From Felis catus (Eukaryota): 64,000 nucleotides of DNA. Below are positions 51,359 through 64,000 of this stretch, in pieces. The stretch covers positions 133,364,001-133,428,000 of the forward strand of contig NC_058368.1 of NCBI RefSeq assembly GCF_018350175.1, read 5' to 3'. The position numbers and the translations under genes are program-made. The notes under the pieces are model-generated. The model did not search any database. It saw only the letters and a program-made list of their open reading frames with translations, and had not been told where the DNA came from. Position 1 is the first letter of the stretch. Every line of letters starts with the position of its first letter.

Positions 51359-52796
51359 TGACTATTATCTATCAAGAATTACTAGATATGATTTTGGTGT
51401 TATTATGCATAGTTCTACATTCTGAGAATAGTCAATTCTGAGAGTATTCAGATAAAATCAGTGGCAGAGCACTTAAATACTTTGAATTGCATTGCACTGT
51501 CTCTTCCAGTGTCTACTCCCCACTACTCCAAGGAGTTTAGGATGGACATGGCATCACCAATACTTGAAGTACTGTGTTCTGTGGTTTCTATGTTGTTATT
51601 ACTCATGTAGGTAGAAAGATGGAAAGAGGAAACACCATGTCCTTAGTTTAAAACTGAACCTATAGATTTGTACGTAAACCATTATGTAAATGAGGATTTC
51701 AGAATGAGTATCATTTTATGTCTCTTTTAGTGGACTGAATGATTTTAAAAAATATGTATATTATTATGCACACAGACAAACACACAGTTGACATCGGTTT
51801 CCGTAGTGATTTGTGTTCTGGGAGAAAAATGGGTTTTGCTTTGGTCACATATCTGGTATTAGAAAATTAAATATGAGAACACTTAGAAAAAAAGCTACAT
51901 GGTAAGTTTTTGTTTGCTAGTCCTAAAATGTCAGGGGAAGCATATTTTCTTGGAAGAAGGTACCATTTGGACTCCTAGGAGTGCTGACTTAGGAAGTCTT
52001 TGCAGAACTTCTCTTATTATTGAGCTAGTATCTGTTGGAACTATTGATTTGCCCTATGTGAGATTGTGTGTTATGATACGCACATCTCCTGTTTACAAAG
52101 TTTGTTTCTGAACATTAGTTACAGTCACACGTAAAGTTGAATATCGTAAAAGGAGTCAAAAGGAGTGAGAATCTAAAAAGTGAAATGAAACCAACTGGAT
52201 ATTTGTGGACTTTAGTGAGAAGTGTTCCTCTGTGTTAAATGTTCTGTTGTGCAGAGGACGGGTACCCCATAATCCATTACCCTCAGACCAGGCATCAGGC
52301 CATCAGGCTGCTGTGTTTTGAAATTTTTCTTCGATGATAACTGGGTCTTTTTGATGGTTGTGTTTCGTTCTTTTAAACAGATTTTCCCTTTTGACATACT
52401 TTTTGTTTTGCTAGTCAAAATAAGTTTTCTTTCTTTCTTTGTTTTTTTTCTAAACCTATTCCTCTGGGCTCAATCTACCTCAAAAAAAATTAAATTGTAT
52501 TCCTTCTGTTTAAGTCATCATTAAGTATAAATGCAAATGGAATATCCATTTACATTCCTAAATTGTTGCTGATGTTTCTAAGGGATTTAATGGAAAAGAA
52601 AGAAGAACACGGCTTGATTTTTATCATATTCAGGAGACCCCAATAGCTTTCAGAAGTAGAAAATGAATTTCTACCAAGATTTGTAATACCCACTATTTTC
52701 CATGAGTTACTGTGTTCTGTATTCTAGAGCCCTTTATGTAAACAAAAGTGTTCATTAAGAAGACTTTTTTTAAGCTATGTATACACTTTGATTTTT

Positions 52797-53001
52797 TAAA
52801 AATTTTAATGTTTGTTTATTTTTTGAGAGAGGCAGAGCGTAAGCAAGGGAGGGCCAGAGAGAGAGGGAGAAACAGAGCCCAGAGCAGGCTCCAGGCTTCA
52901 AGCTGTCAGCACAGAGCCTGACATGGGGCTCAAACCCACAAACCAGATCATGACCTGAGCTGAAGTCGGACGCTTAACCAACTGAGCCACCTAGGTACCC
53001 C
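52797..53001 (-). mobile_element. Can-SINE
   Basis: TSD cactttgattttt. Confidence 0.93.
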
Positions 53002-54116
53002 TGCACTTTGATTTTTAGTACTTAGAGTGTAGTTAATAAACTGTCAGGGAAAACTTCAGTGTGACTTTTTCCTTTTTTCAGATTTGAAAGGAAATATTAA
53101 GATTCTGTTAGATAAATGTATGAACAATACCAATAGCTCTTAAATTGTTGGAGTAGTTGCAAACAGCTTTATGTAATAAGGATCTATTGATCAGACTCTA
53201 ATTTTGCTGAGGCTTATATTTGAACAATATTTAGGAGATTATTGACTATTTATTGCCAGTTTGCATGTAGGTAGAGGAAAGGATGGAAATGGTTATTTAA
53301 AAACATTTGTTGTGTCAAAGCATTTTCTGTGGGTGGTCTCTGTTCACACATTCCTACCTTCTTAGTCTAGTCTCTTTATTAAGTTACATTATTGAGAGAG
53401 AAATCTCATGGTTCAGTTCAGTTTATGGATTGTGTCTCTCTGACGGATGTAACTTTGTGGCTTTATTCCTGTCCAGAATGGGGACATCTTATTGGATAGG
53501 GTTGACTTTCAGGGGCTGTAGGTAGGGATGGTCAAGCCTATAGCTGGTAGAATCCAAAGTATCCAGAATCCAATATAGGTCTGGAGCTGTGCAAGAAGGC
53601 ACGGTTCTAATGAGTTAGTATTCTTTGTTTTAGAAAGCTACATTTGAAGTAGTTGATTGCTTTTTAATTGAAATGGAGTAAGATGTCCCGTATAGGACAT
53701 TCCCTAGTTCTCTGAAATGTACTTCACCATGTTCTAGCCAGGTTCTAACCTCTTAGCAGTAGGCTGGCAAGGCACACTCTTCATTTTGGGAGGTGATTTA
53801 TCAAAGGGTAGTACATGGATGACTGTATCAGAGGATGGGAACCAGCTGGGACCTTAGAAATCCTCCAGAACGGGGATTATAGGTGGGGATTGATGAGTGG
53901 GTTTCAGGGATGTGGGTGGTGACTCACCTCCCCATACTCACACATGAGTTGTTAAGCATGGGTCTAATTTGTTTTTTTGGCAAGAAAAGATTCTGGGTAT
54001 TTCATTACAAATGTGACTAAGAAAGGTTAGAATCACTATAAACCCAGCTCTTTGATGTTACAGATGATGAAACTAAGGCCCAGAGAGATGAGAAGCCATA
54101 GTTGAAATCATTTTTT

Positions 54117-54335
54117 TTTTAATTTTTTTTTTCAACGTTTATTTATTTTTGGGACAGAGAGAGACAGAGCATGAACGGGGGAGGGGCAGAGAGAGAGGGA
54201 GACACAGAATCGGAAACAGGCTCCAGGCTCTGAGCCATCAGCCCAGAGCCTGATGCGGGGCTTGAACTCCCGGACCGCGAGATCGTGACCTGGCTGAAGT
54301 CGGACGCTTAACCGACTGCGCCACCCAGGCGCCCC
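54117..54335 (-). mobile_element. Young felid Can-SINE (SINEC_Fc type)
   Basis: Perfect TSD gaaatcatttttt (54104-54116, 54336-54348). Confidence 0.96.
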
Positions 54336-54760
54336 GAAATCATTTTTTGAGTCATCAGAAAAATCTGGATTAGTATCTACGTTTCTGTTACTCCTTGTTC
54401 ATTGTTTCTACAGACACATTGACTTTATAGATCATTATGTAAAATGTGGCTTCCTAAATTTAGTTCTTTTAGACCGTCAAGTGGAAGGGAAAAAAGTTAC
54501 ACTAGTTTCGCAGAATGAAGAGCAAAGACCATGACTAGGCCAATGTTAGTTTAATATGATGAACACTGAGCTAGGAGTGGTGCACTGTTGGGAGTTACAG
54601 GGTATTTATTTCAGTTCGATGCTTTTCAAGTACGTGTTCACTATCTCAGCCAGTGGAACATGGTTAGACAAGCTGTTTGATGCTTTCACTAACTTAGTAA
54701 ATGTCTGCATGTAAAGAGAGACTTGCATGCAGTTTTTTGTCCCAAGTAGTTAAGTGTCTT

Positions 54761-54994
54761 CTAAAAAAAAAGAAATTTTTTTTTAATGTTTATTTATTTT
54801 CAGAGAGAGTGCGCATGGGAGGAGCTGAGAGAGGGAAGAGAGAGGGAGAGAAGAGAGAAAAAGAATCCCATGCAGGCTCCACATTTTCATAGTGTGGAAC
54901 CTGATGCAGGGCTTGAACTCATGAACCATGAGATCATGGCCTGAGCCAAAATCAAGACTCGATTGCTTAACCGACTGAGGTATGTAGGTGCCCC
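54761..54994 (-). mobile_element. Can-SINE
   Basis: TSD tagttaag(t/a)gtctt. Confidence 0.92.
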
Positions 54995-55764
54995 TAGTTA
55001 AGAGTCTTGAAAGTGCTCTTGTAATACTTGCTTGGGGGCCCCTTTATTGTTTAAAAAAGGAAAGGCAAATTAGGTCTAAAGTTATGGTGTTTTGTTCTAA
55101 TAAGCCATTTGAAAGTGCTTGGAATTCCCTGGCAACCTTTGCAATTCTGCTTTGAATTTTTCACTTTTCAAATATTGATGACCTTTATTTTGTTCTTCAA
55201 ATTCTAGTCCATTCCACCTTTCCTCCCCCCTCCTCCTCCGGTAGGACCTTCTTCTCAGATTTGAAATTTTCTCCAACTTGGGTTTTAAAATATTTTGCAG
55301 AGAAAAATTTTCTTTATCCTTGTAAGGCTTAACATAATTGTGTTTTTGTCCTATATTGCTAATGCTTTGGTTTTACTCCAGGTTAAAATGTTCTGGAATT
55401 GGGATTGATGGCATGGAAATTAAAAGGCATTTGCTAATCATTGAAACAATGTACCTTTTTTTGTACATCTTCCTGCACCTCCTCCCCCTCCCCCGCCATT
55501 GTTTGATTTTCATTCTCTCTACAACATGCAGTGGATAAATCTTAAAAACCCTTCTTTCTGCCATTCAATCAGATATCTGGATAAATGATCTTTTCGGTCA
55601 TTAATCATTGATAAAGGATATACTTTTTAAAGTGTTCAGTGATAAATCATTTTGACGGTTTTTAGAGCCCAGGATTTATCGAGATGCCACTAGTTATAGG
55701 CAGACATCAGAAACTGAATTGTGACTGAACATACTTTTAAACTCTCAGTTATGGGCTCTGATTT

Positions 55765-55824
55765 TTTTTTTTAATATTAATTTATTTTTGAGGGAGAGAA
55801 AGAGAGCACAAGTGGGGGTGAAGG

Positions 55825-55861
<37 letters not shown>

Positions 55862-55930
55862 GGAGGGAGGGAGGGAGGGAGGGAGAAGGAGACAGAATCT
55901 GAAGCAGGCTCTGAGCTACCCAGGTGCCCC
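55765..55930 (-). mobile_element. Can-SINE with large internal deletion and (GA)n(GGGA)n expansion
   Basis: gcaggctctgagctacccaggtgcccc junction; TSD ctctgatttt. Confidence 0.88.
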
Positions 55931-56037
55931 TAGACTCTGATTTTAATCCTTTGTTTTCTTCAGGGCAGAGTCTGTGAGGGTCTCTCAGTGCCAGAAATCA
56001 GGTTCAATTGTTACCTTTAGAAATGTGACACACTGTA

Positions 56038-56249
56038 AGGGCGCCTGGGTGGCTCCGTCGGTCGAGCATCCAACTTCGGCTCTGGTCATGATCTCACGGT
56101 TTGTGTGTTCGAGCCCTGCGTCGGGCTCTGTGCTGACAGCTCAGAGCCTGGGGCCTGCTTCGGATTCTGTGTCTCTCTCTCTGCCCCTCCCCCACTCACA
56201 CTCTGTCTCTGTCTCCTTCAAAAAAGAAATAAACATTAAAAAAAATTTA
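56038..56249 (+). mobile_element. Can-SINE
   Basis: TSD core aaatgtgaca. Confidence 0.93.
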
Positions 56250-57100
56250 AAAATGTGACATTGTGTCATTACTTGTCATTTTTGCTTATGTAGAAAAAAC
56301 AAAAAACATGGTGATAAACCATAAATCCGGGGAACTTGTTCTAAAAAGCTAGTGTTATACTACTTTAGAGAATACAGTGTTCGTTATCTATGTTCATAGA
56401 GATAATATTAATTTTTTTGTTCATCTGTTTGAACATCAAGTATTCGTCATTCTCCCCCTTTATTTCCCTTTTAACTCCAATTCATGGTTTGCTTATTCCT
56501 GAGCTTCACTGGATGACATCATTGGTGCTGTGAGCACTTTATGAAACCATTTATCACAGCTGTAAGAACAGGCCCCATAACTCTAGGATGCTGTAGCCCC
56601 AAGCAGCTGCCCAAGCTGACAGAAGCAAATGTCAGACTCGAGATGGACGTCCCATTTATGTGTCAGGTCTAGGCCTAAAGCCTCTAACATTTGAAAGCTT
56701 AGCATTACCAATGTGATTGAAAATTCAAATGATGTTTAATAGAACCTTTAAATAAAGTGTCCAGTCTAGCTGTCTGTCTGAGTCATTCTTAGTAATCTCA
56801 AACTTGGATGTTTGCCCTCTATTTACAAATGTAATATAACATTGACCGATTTTTTCCAAGTAAACTTAAACTGCCATCGTGAGACTCAGATTTGGGATTA
56901 TGAATGTCAGTGCTTCCTCAACACGTTTGTAAATGATCTTCCTATACTGCATCCCTGGCCAAGTAAGCTGCCTCTTCCTAACTTGTGTCCCCCATTCTCT
57001 TCGAAAACACTTGGATGTTTTTTAACAGTTTGTTTCCAGGATCACTTTTTGGGACATCATTTAAATATTTTGTATTTTTATAACAAATTGTAAAATCTTT

Positions 57101-57295
57101 TTTTTTCAAGTCTATTTTTATTTTTCAGAGAGAGCGCAAGTGGGGGAGGGGTAGAGAGGGAGACAGAATCCCAAACAGGTTCTGTGCTGTCATCGTAGAG
57201 CCCAGTGCAGGGCTTGAACTCATGAACCATGTGATGATGATCTGAGCTTGAGTCAAGAGTTGGATGGTTAGTCAACTGAGCCATGCAGGTGCCCC
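57101..57295 (-). mobile_element. Can-SINE
   Basis: Perfect 18-bp TSD acaaattgtaaaatcttt. Confidence 0.94.
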
Positions 57296-58064
57296 ACAAA
57301 TTGTAAAATCTTTAAGGAGATGGTGAGTTGGAAGAGCCCTCTCCAAAACTAGTTATTCAGACCTCTGATTCATCCTCTGTTCCCATTCCTGAACAGCTTC
57401 CCTGTGTCCTTGAGTTCAGTACCTAAACAATTTCAAAATGGCTAATAAAACATTTTTACCAAATGACTTAGCTTTTGTTTCTTTGGATTTTTAAAAAAGT
57501 TTAATATCTATTTTTTTCACTTTTATGTATACTGAAGTTTGAAAGTTACCATACATGTTTTGCATAGATCAACCATTCATGAAAGAGAAATTCCATAGAA
57601 TTATCTGCATTTTTAAAATAAGGAATGAAAGTTGAAATCGTTTACATAATCTAACTGGCCTAAATGGTATATAGTTTGAGTACTTAGTGTCTGTGTAACC
57701 AGGCAAAATTCATATGGCTTAGGGGTGATGGGTTTCAGGCTCCCTTACTGTAGCACAGGAAGCAGAGGCCCATTAGATGCTCCCACATGGCTAACTTCTG
57801 TGTCTGTTGCCCCTGGTGGGCTGTAATTGCTTTTTGAGAATTTACTAGACCATTCATTTTTCATGCCTCTGCCTTTGCTATCTTAAACATGAAGGGAAAA
57901 GGCTGAGTTTTTGAGTTGAACTTTAGAAATAATACAGGTCAAGGTAGGAATTTGAGCTAAGTCTAATAACCTTCACCTTAATTACACCTGGTAAGACATT
58001 TGCATATTGATGTTCTGCACCTTGAGGGAAATGTCTGCCTTTTAGTGGTTAATGTAATGTAATA

Positions 58065-58119
<55 letters not shown>
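58065..58119. repeat. Compound (TG)n(AG)n microsatellite
   Basis: Directly visible. Confidence 0.96.
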
Positions 58120-58122
<3 letters not shown>

Positions 58123-59559
58123 ACACTTAGTATTTACATGCTGTTTCAGAGTTGGTGGCAATGTGGTGACTTTGGCCATAATATTTCTGGAAATCTTAAT
58201 CCTGACGCTGCTTTTTGTTATAAGTCCATGGCATTTTAAGGAAGCTTTCCTTGGTTATTTTTACTACAGTTTGCTGTACTATGATTAGAACAAGAAGATC
58301 TGGGAAAGTTGAAGTTGACATGGCAGAGATTCAGCTAAGCGGAGAAAATATTTGGTGAAAAAAGAATCAAATATACAGGATACCCGAGAGTAAAGTCCAG
58401 CAGAAGCAAGAAAATAAAACAGGGTGCCTGTGTTATGTCTCCTCCACAGTTTATATTTTGGTTTTTATACCAGGAATGCCTTAGGTGTATATTTAAACAG
58501 GAGGAGAAAGTAACAGCTTCGTGATTTAACTTAATTTTCTTTTAAAAAATGAAATGACTATAACCTGTCTATGGCATTCCTGTGGAGTTTTTATACAAGT
58601 CTCTGAAGAAAATGGTCTTGTTAATTTTAATATTTCATTGCAGGCTAACAATCTCAGAAGAAGAGATTGGTGCTTGATGGAAGTGTATCCTGAGATATTT
58701 TTAAATGAAAGCCTTGTCAAATATTTTATTTTCCTTCTGTGTTTCAGTATTCAAATTGTCACCTAGTGGGATGACTGTAGTCTAGTTGATTTACCAACGC
58801 GGCTAAAATGAAGTTGCTTTTTACCTTATTTGCAGGATATTCATACATGTAGAATTAATTCTAAAGCAAAAATCTTACAGTAAGAGTTGTATGAATTGGG
58901 ACAGCCGAAATTAAAAGATTAAGTTTTAGAATACCTTTATATTTCATTTTTCCAGTTAAAATTGCTTTTCTGGCTGGGTAATTTAGTCATACCTTCCAAA
59001 TTGTAATAGGGTTTATACTTGGGTTTCAAAAAATATATAAAGAATGTGGTGTTCTCCACGTATGCATGTTCTCTCCGGTTGGGAGTACAGGGTGTTCTTT
59101 GCTTTTGTGATGCACTGTTTCCTGGAAGTCCTGGCTGCAATACTGTGTTAATTCACTTGGATGCCATACCAGTTATACAGACGGTACTTGGGCATAGCTG
59201 CTCTTGGGAAATGCTGACTGACCTTGAGCTGCTGAGTTTTGTTTCTGGGACGTGTTCAGGGTTGTCTGGCAGGTACATGGATAAAGCATCAAAGAAGAGG
59301 TGGGGACAGTTGCAGTATCAAGGTCTGAGCACAGGTTGGAGCAGAGGCTGTGCTTATCCATGGGGTTGTATAGAATAAGATCTGTACCCTCACTGGGTAT
59401 AGGGGGAGCAACAATGGGTTGTCCCCTCACCCAGTTGGTGTTTCAGGGCCAGCTCTGCTGCATTTTGATCCAGACGCCTGGCCAGTCCTCACTTTTCTGC
59501 CTAATCTTTCTTTGTCCATTCTTGCAGCTTTCCTCATTACTTAGCAGTTAGTTTCTTCT

Positions 59560-59785
59560 CATTGAACTGTCGGAGTCATCTCAGCTCAGAGGTCACGTCC
59601 ACTGGGAAGCCTTCTTGGATCCCGTGGACTGGCCTGGGTGCCTCTTCGCTGTGCCCTTGTCCCTTCCCTAGACTGTAATGGCCTGTGAGCTCCCCTGTTC
59701 CTCCCACTGGTCTTGAGGGCATCACGTGCTTCTCTCATTTTCAGTGCTAAATCTTTAGCGCCTGGGAGGGCTAAATAAATTCCTG
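59560..59785 (+). mobile_element. LINE-2 3' fragment
   Basis: tctcagctcagaggtcacgtccactgggaagccttct...ctcccactgg...taaataaat. Confidence 0.6.
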
Positions 59786-60039
59786 CTCAGTGTGCTTCTC
59801 AGGCTGTCCACCTTATGCTTCCTGAAGTCCTTAGTGCTCCTGGTTCCCTGTGCTGTTGGAGCGTGTCATTTTTCTCCGTTGCTCACTGGTTGCCCATCAC
59901 CATGTCACTTTCAGGGCCTGTCCCAAGTTAGTGTTTTTGTTTTGTTTTTACATGCCAGCCTTTCCTTGTCTGATAGTCGAATTGAACGAACTCTAGTTTA
60001 CCATGTGTTTTAGTCACTCATTGCCACAATGATGCGGGA

Positions 60040-60880
60040 TAAGTAACTCTCATAAATCAGCTTATTCAGTCAGGGTTTGTGCTTGGACTTGGGTTCTCTT
60101 GGGTGACTGTGGATTGGCTGGTCTAGGCTCGGGGATACTGGTGGCCCTGCCTGGAGCCGTGAGTTAGGCTTGGGTCTGCTGCATAAGTGTTCGTTTTGGG
60201 GTCCCAGGCTGAAATGGGCCAGGAAGCATTTCTAAGGGTGAGAGAATACTAACCCGCTCTCTGGAAGAGAAGATAAGCCCTGATTGGTAGCATTTGCCCA
60301 TTTCTGTGGTGTATATACTCCCGTCATGGCTGATTTCAAGCACCCAGTATGACGTCACCAGGAAGAGCTGCCCAAAAAGCACACCATTATATGCTATTTC
60401 TCATCATACGGGTACAGCAGACAACCTCAAAAACACATGTAATAGTAATAAAGTAATTAGGAAGTTAGGGGGTTCAGTACTTTGGTTTTTAACATAATTT
60501 ATTTTTAAGTTGATATAACTTAATTTTTATTAGAGGGTTTAACAACTGACCTATAAATTTGTGTGACAGAGAGTGTGAGCGTGCAAGCATGCGAGTGGGG
60601 GAGGGGCAAAGAGGAAGAGACAGAATCCCAAACAGGCTCCGCCTGTGAAAATTTAAGTTTCCCCGAGGTTAACACGAATACCTGATGTGCCAGAAAGATC
60701 AGAACTGGCACCTTGTCACTTCTCTACACATTCTGTTGGTCAAAGCAAGTCTTAGGGCAGAGCTCAAAGTCAGTGGAAGGGGCAGCACACTGTGTCTGGA
60801 GGGAGGATGTGCACAGTCACACGGGACAGGGGTGGTAGGTAGGGGGCAAGAGTTGGTGCCTGTGACTCAGTCCACCACAC
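60040..60880. mobile_element. MLT1-type LTR interrupted by a MER63-type (hAT-Blackjack) element (~60250-60690)
   Basis: LTR-like flanks (cacattctgttggtcaaagcaagtc); central aagccctgattggtagcatttgcccatttctgtggtgtatatactccc...gatttcaagc resembles MER63. Confidence 0.6.
60556..60641 (-). mobile_element. 5'-truncated Can-SINE
   Basis: gagtggggaggggcaaagaggaagagacagaatcccaaacaggctcc; head absent. Confidence 0.75.
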
Positions 60881-61487
60881 ACATTGCCTCCTGGCCTTGT
60901 TACATGTGGCGATGATATCTGTGTTAACCTTCTCTTTGAAAAGTTTAAACCGTGCTTCTTATGGGAGAACCTGGGATATAAATTCTGTTAGCAGATTTGC
61001 TTAACATAATTTTAAGTGCCATACAGTCTAAGAGCTGTAACTCAGGAAAAATTTGGGATTATAAAATGAAATCTTAATTTTTTCTGTATGTTGTGAGGTT
61101 TGGTATTTCCTTGTAGATTGCTTCTTTATCATTCAGAATCTTCTATGCTTAGTTTTCTCTAAAGACGTTTGTCTGATATTAATGTTCACTCTTGATCTCC
61201 CTTTATATTTTGGCCCTGTGTGTCCCAAGTAGTACTTACACCTTTGTAATATATTTGCTAAAGTTTTTTTCTTTTGTTTTCTTTTTTTTTCTGATGGTTG
61301 ATTGACTAATTTGGGATATGAATCATGATTTTCCACTGATGAGTTAATTACATAAATTTCAGATCACTGAAATTTATTAGATAATTATTAGATCATTGGA
61401 TAAAAATAGATTACTTTTGTGTAAAACAAGGAACTTCTTAGAAGGAGTTTAAAAAAAACCCTCTTTGCTACTGTGCCAGGTAGAATT

Positions 61488-61706
61488 AAAAAAAATTTTT
61501 TTTAATATTTATTTTTGAGAGAGAGGGCGCACGCACGCGCAAAGTGGGGGAGGGGCAGAGATAGAAGGAGACACAGAATCTGAAGCAGGATCCTGGCTCT
61601 GAGCTGTCAGCACAGAGCCTGACAGGGGGGCTCAAATTCACGAGCCATGAGATCATGACCTGAGTCAAAGTCGGATGCATAACCAACTGAGGCACCCAGG
61701 TGCCCC
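61488..61706 (-). mobile_element. Can-SINE
   Basis: TSD core tagaatt. Confidence 0.93.
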
Positions 61707-61759
61707 TAGAATTTTTTTTTAAACCTTAAATAATATATCTGATGTGCATTTACATCACT

Positions 61760-62277
61760 GTGTTGTCTCTTGGTGTACAACCAATTATTCCCACATTAGC
61801 AACTTAAAATTTAAGCATTTATTATCTTATTATCTTACACTTTCTGGTAATCAGGAATTGGAGTGTGGCTTAGCTAGGTGCCAGGATTTTCGTAAGATTA
61901 CAATTGAAGTGTCAGCCAGGCCTGTGATCTCACCAGAATCCTAAACTGGAAGGGGAGCCACTTTGTAGCTTATTCATGGACTTGGTGGCAGGATTCAGTA
62001 CCTGGTGGTTGTTGGACTGAGGGCCTCACTTCCTCACTGGGTTTGGGCCAGAGACCTCTTTCCGTTCCTTGCTACATGGGACTTCTCCATTGGGGATGAA
62101 AGTCACAGTCTTTCTACCACATGATCTTGGAAGTGATAACCGTGATGTTTGCCACGTTGTCTTCATTAGGAGCCAGTCAGTAGGTCCAGCCCACGTTTAA
62201 GGGGATAAATTACACAAGGGGATGAATAGGAGGAGGTGGTGATTGTTGGTGGCTATTTTAGTGGTTTGCTTACAACA
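61760..62277 (-). mobile_element. MaLR MLT1 solo LTR
   Basis: catttattatct...tcaggaattggagtgtggcttagct...ggcaggattcagt...agtaggtccagcccac. Confidence 0.8.
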
Positions 62278-62669
62278 GCTATATTGTTGTATCTGGCACC
62301 CTGTAAAATTCGCACTTTGAAGATACAGAAGTAAGGGATTGGAGAGATTAAATTTTTTGTTTCAAGGCCAGGATGCCAGCATACGCTGCGACTGGTTCTT
62401 CAGCTTGGAATCTTTTCCCAAAAAACAATGAGGTCTAAGTGATGCTCGGATGCACACGGCATGAAGGACGTGTTCATTGTACCATATCACCTTGTATGGT
62501 GTCATTTATAAAATCAGTATTGCATAGATATGTGTCCTGATGAATGATGGAATACTAATCTTAGTACCACATTCTTAGCTCTTTCTGGTCTTGTTTTCTT
62601 TGTATGTATTTCCTTAGCTACAAAAATACGGTATAATATGAGAAACACATGTAAATAGTTTTCGAGTTT

Positions 62670-62855
62670 GGGGTGCCTGGGTGGCTCAGTTGGGTAAGCG
62701 TCCAACTCTTGATCACAGATCGAGCCCCGTATTTGGTTCCATGCTGACAGTGCGGAGCCTGCTTGGGATTCTGTCTCTTCGTCTTTGCCCCTCCCCGACT
62801 TGTGTGCTTGCACGCTCACACACTCTCTCTGTCTTTGAAAATAAATGGAAAAAAA
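62670..62855 (+). mobile_element. Can-SINE
   Basis: ggggtgcctgggtggctcagttgggtaagcgtccaactcttga head. Confidence 0.9.
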
Positions 62856-63186
62856 ACATAGCTTTCAAGCTTGAAAATCATCCGTCAGCTTAATTTCTAT
62901 TGCTCCAAGCTTTTAAAAAATGGTTGCTCTCAGTTGCCTGAATCAGAACAATAAAGTAATAAAACTAATTTGTTGACAAAGCAGTTACAATTAGATTGTC
63001 TTTATTTCCAGAAACTCTGATAAAAATCCGTAAGTATCCATTTATCTATCTAAATATCCACGGTGCCTAAGAAACAGAATTCAGTCTTGAATGCGGCCTG
63101 AGAGATAATGACCTAGTTGTTTGGTTTTTTGACAGATAGTTGGTTCTTTGGTCCTAGTAGGTCTTAAGAGTCTACTTCCCTGAGTG

Positions 63187-63187
<1 letters not shown>

Positions 63188-63262
<75 letters not shown>

Positions 63263-63263
63263 T
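63188..63263. repeat. (TTTC)n microsatellite
   Basis: About 18 units. Confidence 0.97.
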
Positions 63264-64000
63264 AAATGATGTGTTTACTTTTGGTGATTTGTTCATAAAC
63301 TAGGACTGCTTTTCACTTTGTTTCGGTTCTTTGAAACAATTTCTTTAAGGCAAACTTTTATTTTAGGCAAGTATTACTATTGCTTGCTTCACTCTTTGGA
63401 ATACCAGCTTTGTCTTGTCAGGGTGGATCCTGACGCTTTGAGAGGCCACGTGGCTCTGTTCTTTAGCACATCTTCTGGGAGTACTGTGTGTAGTACTCTA
63501 TGGTTGTTCAAAGGGCAGAGCTGTGCTAGACCCATACTAGTGTCTGAGTTGCTCATTCTGAAGATCAACCTCATTGAACTGGTGTCAAGAGTTAACAGTC
63601 GGTATAAGGACTTAGAGTTGTCACTAACACTCCTCTTTGGGTCTCCTCTCCCAGGGATGTAGTATACAGTGATCTGAGGCCAAGAATACATGTTAATTCC
63701 TAACCCCACTAAAACCCAGTGATTTCTTCCTTTTGGCTGTTGTTCTCCTTCTCTGTGGTAGAGGTGGCAGTTGTGGGAACTTGGGCGTTTTCAGTATTTG
63801 TCACTTCTCTGTTCTCACTGTTACTGCCCTAGTGACCGACAAATCTTTGTTGGTTTCTTGTCTCTCGTCCTTGGCTTGATACGTGGTTGACTGTAACTAG
63901 TAGGCTTATTTTCTCCCGTTGCCAGCGTCATACTCCCCACCGAACCTGTACAGGTTTTCTTGACCATGACATCAAATATAACAACTTCTTCATTGCAGTC

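Larger units (their letters stand above)
13640..64000 (+). other. MAST4: MAST4 intron 1 (runs off the window)
   Basis: Starts at GT donor 13640. Repeat-rich, visibly G+T-skewed on the + strand, no recognisable MAST4 coding sequence downstream. Confidence 0.8.

Noticed and set aside
864..62855. tRNA genes suggested by A/B-box-like motifs
   Set aside because: All sit in SINE heads; no complete cloverleaf was seen.
2628..62893. Recurrent ORFs such as MAQSVKRPTSAQVMIS... and RERGRHRI...
   Set aside because: These are translations of Can-SINE copies, not a gene family.

Overview
This is felid (cat-like) genomic DNA, identified by about 31 carnivore tRNA-derived Can-SINEs, including young SINEC_Fc-type copies. 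The window covers the 5' end of MAST4 (microtubule-associated Ser/Thr kinase 4) on the + strand. It holds about 12.6 kb of upstream sequence, a CpG-island promoter (~12650-14390), coding exon 1 (ATG 13283 to the splice donor after 13639, 119 codons) and about 50 kb of the long first intron. No exon 2 was seen. The rest is a patchwork of SINEs, MIR, L2, L1M, MaLR LTRs, hAT fossils and microsatellites. I found no evidence of a novel multi-gene system, and all other listed ORFs look spurious. The best finds are small: a tailless 30-nt U6 snRNA retrocopy with a perfect 16-bp target-site duplication (TSD), an ATG-TAG start-stop element in the presumed MAST4 5'UTR, a candidate REST/RE1 site in intron 1, TSD-flanked orphan poly(A) micro-insertions and a 15/30-bp higher-order minisatellite. 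Gene and repeat-family names come from recall of consensus sequences, not database searches. Boundaries of old repeats are approximate.
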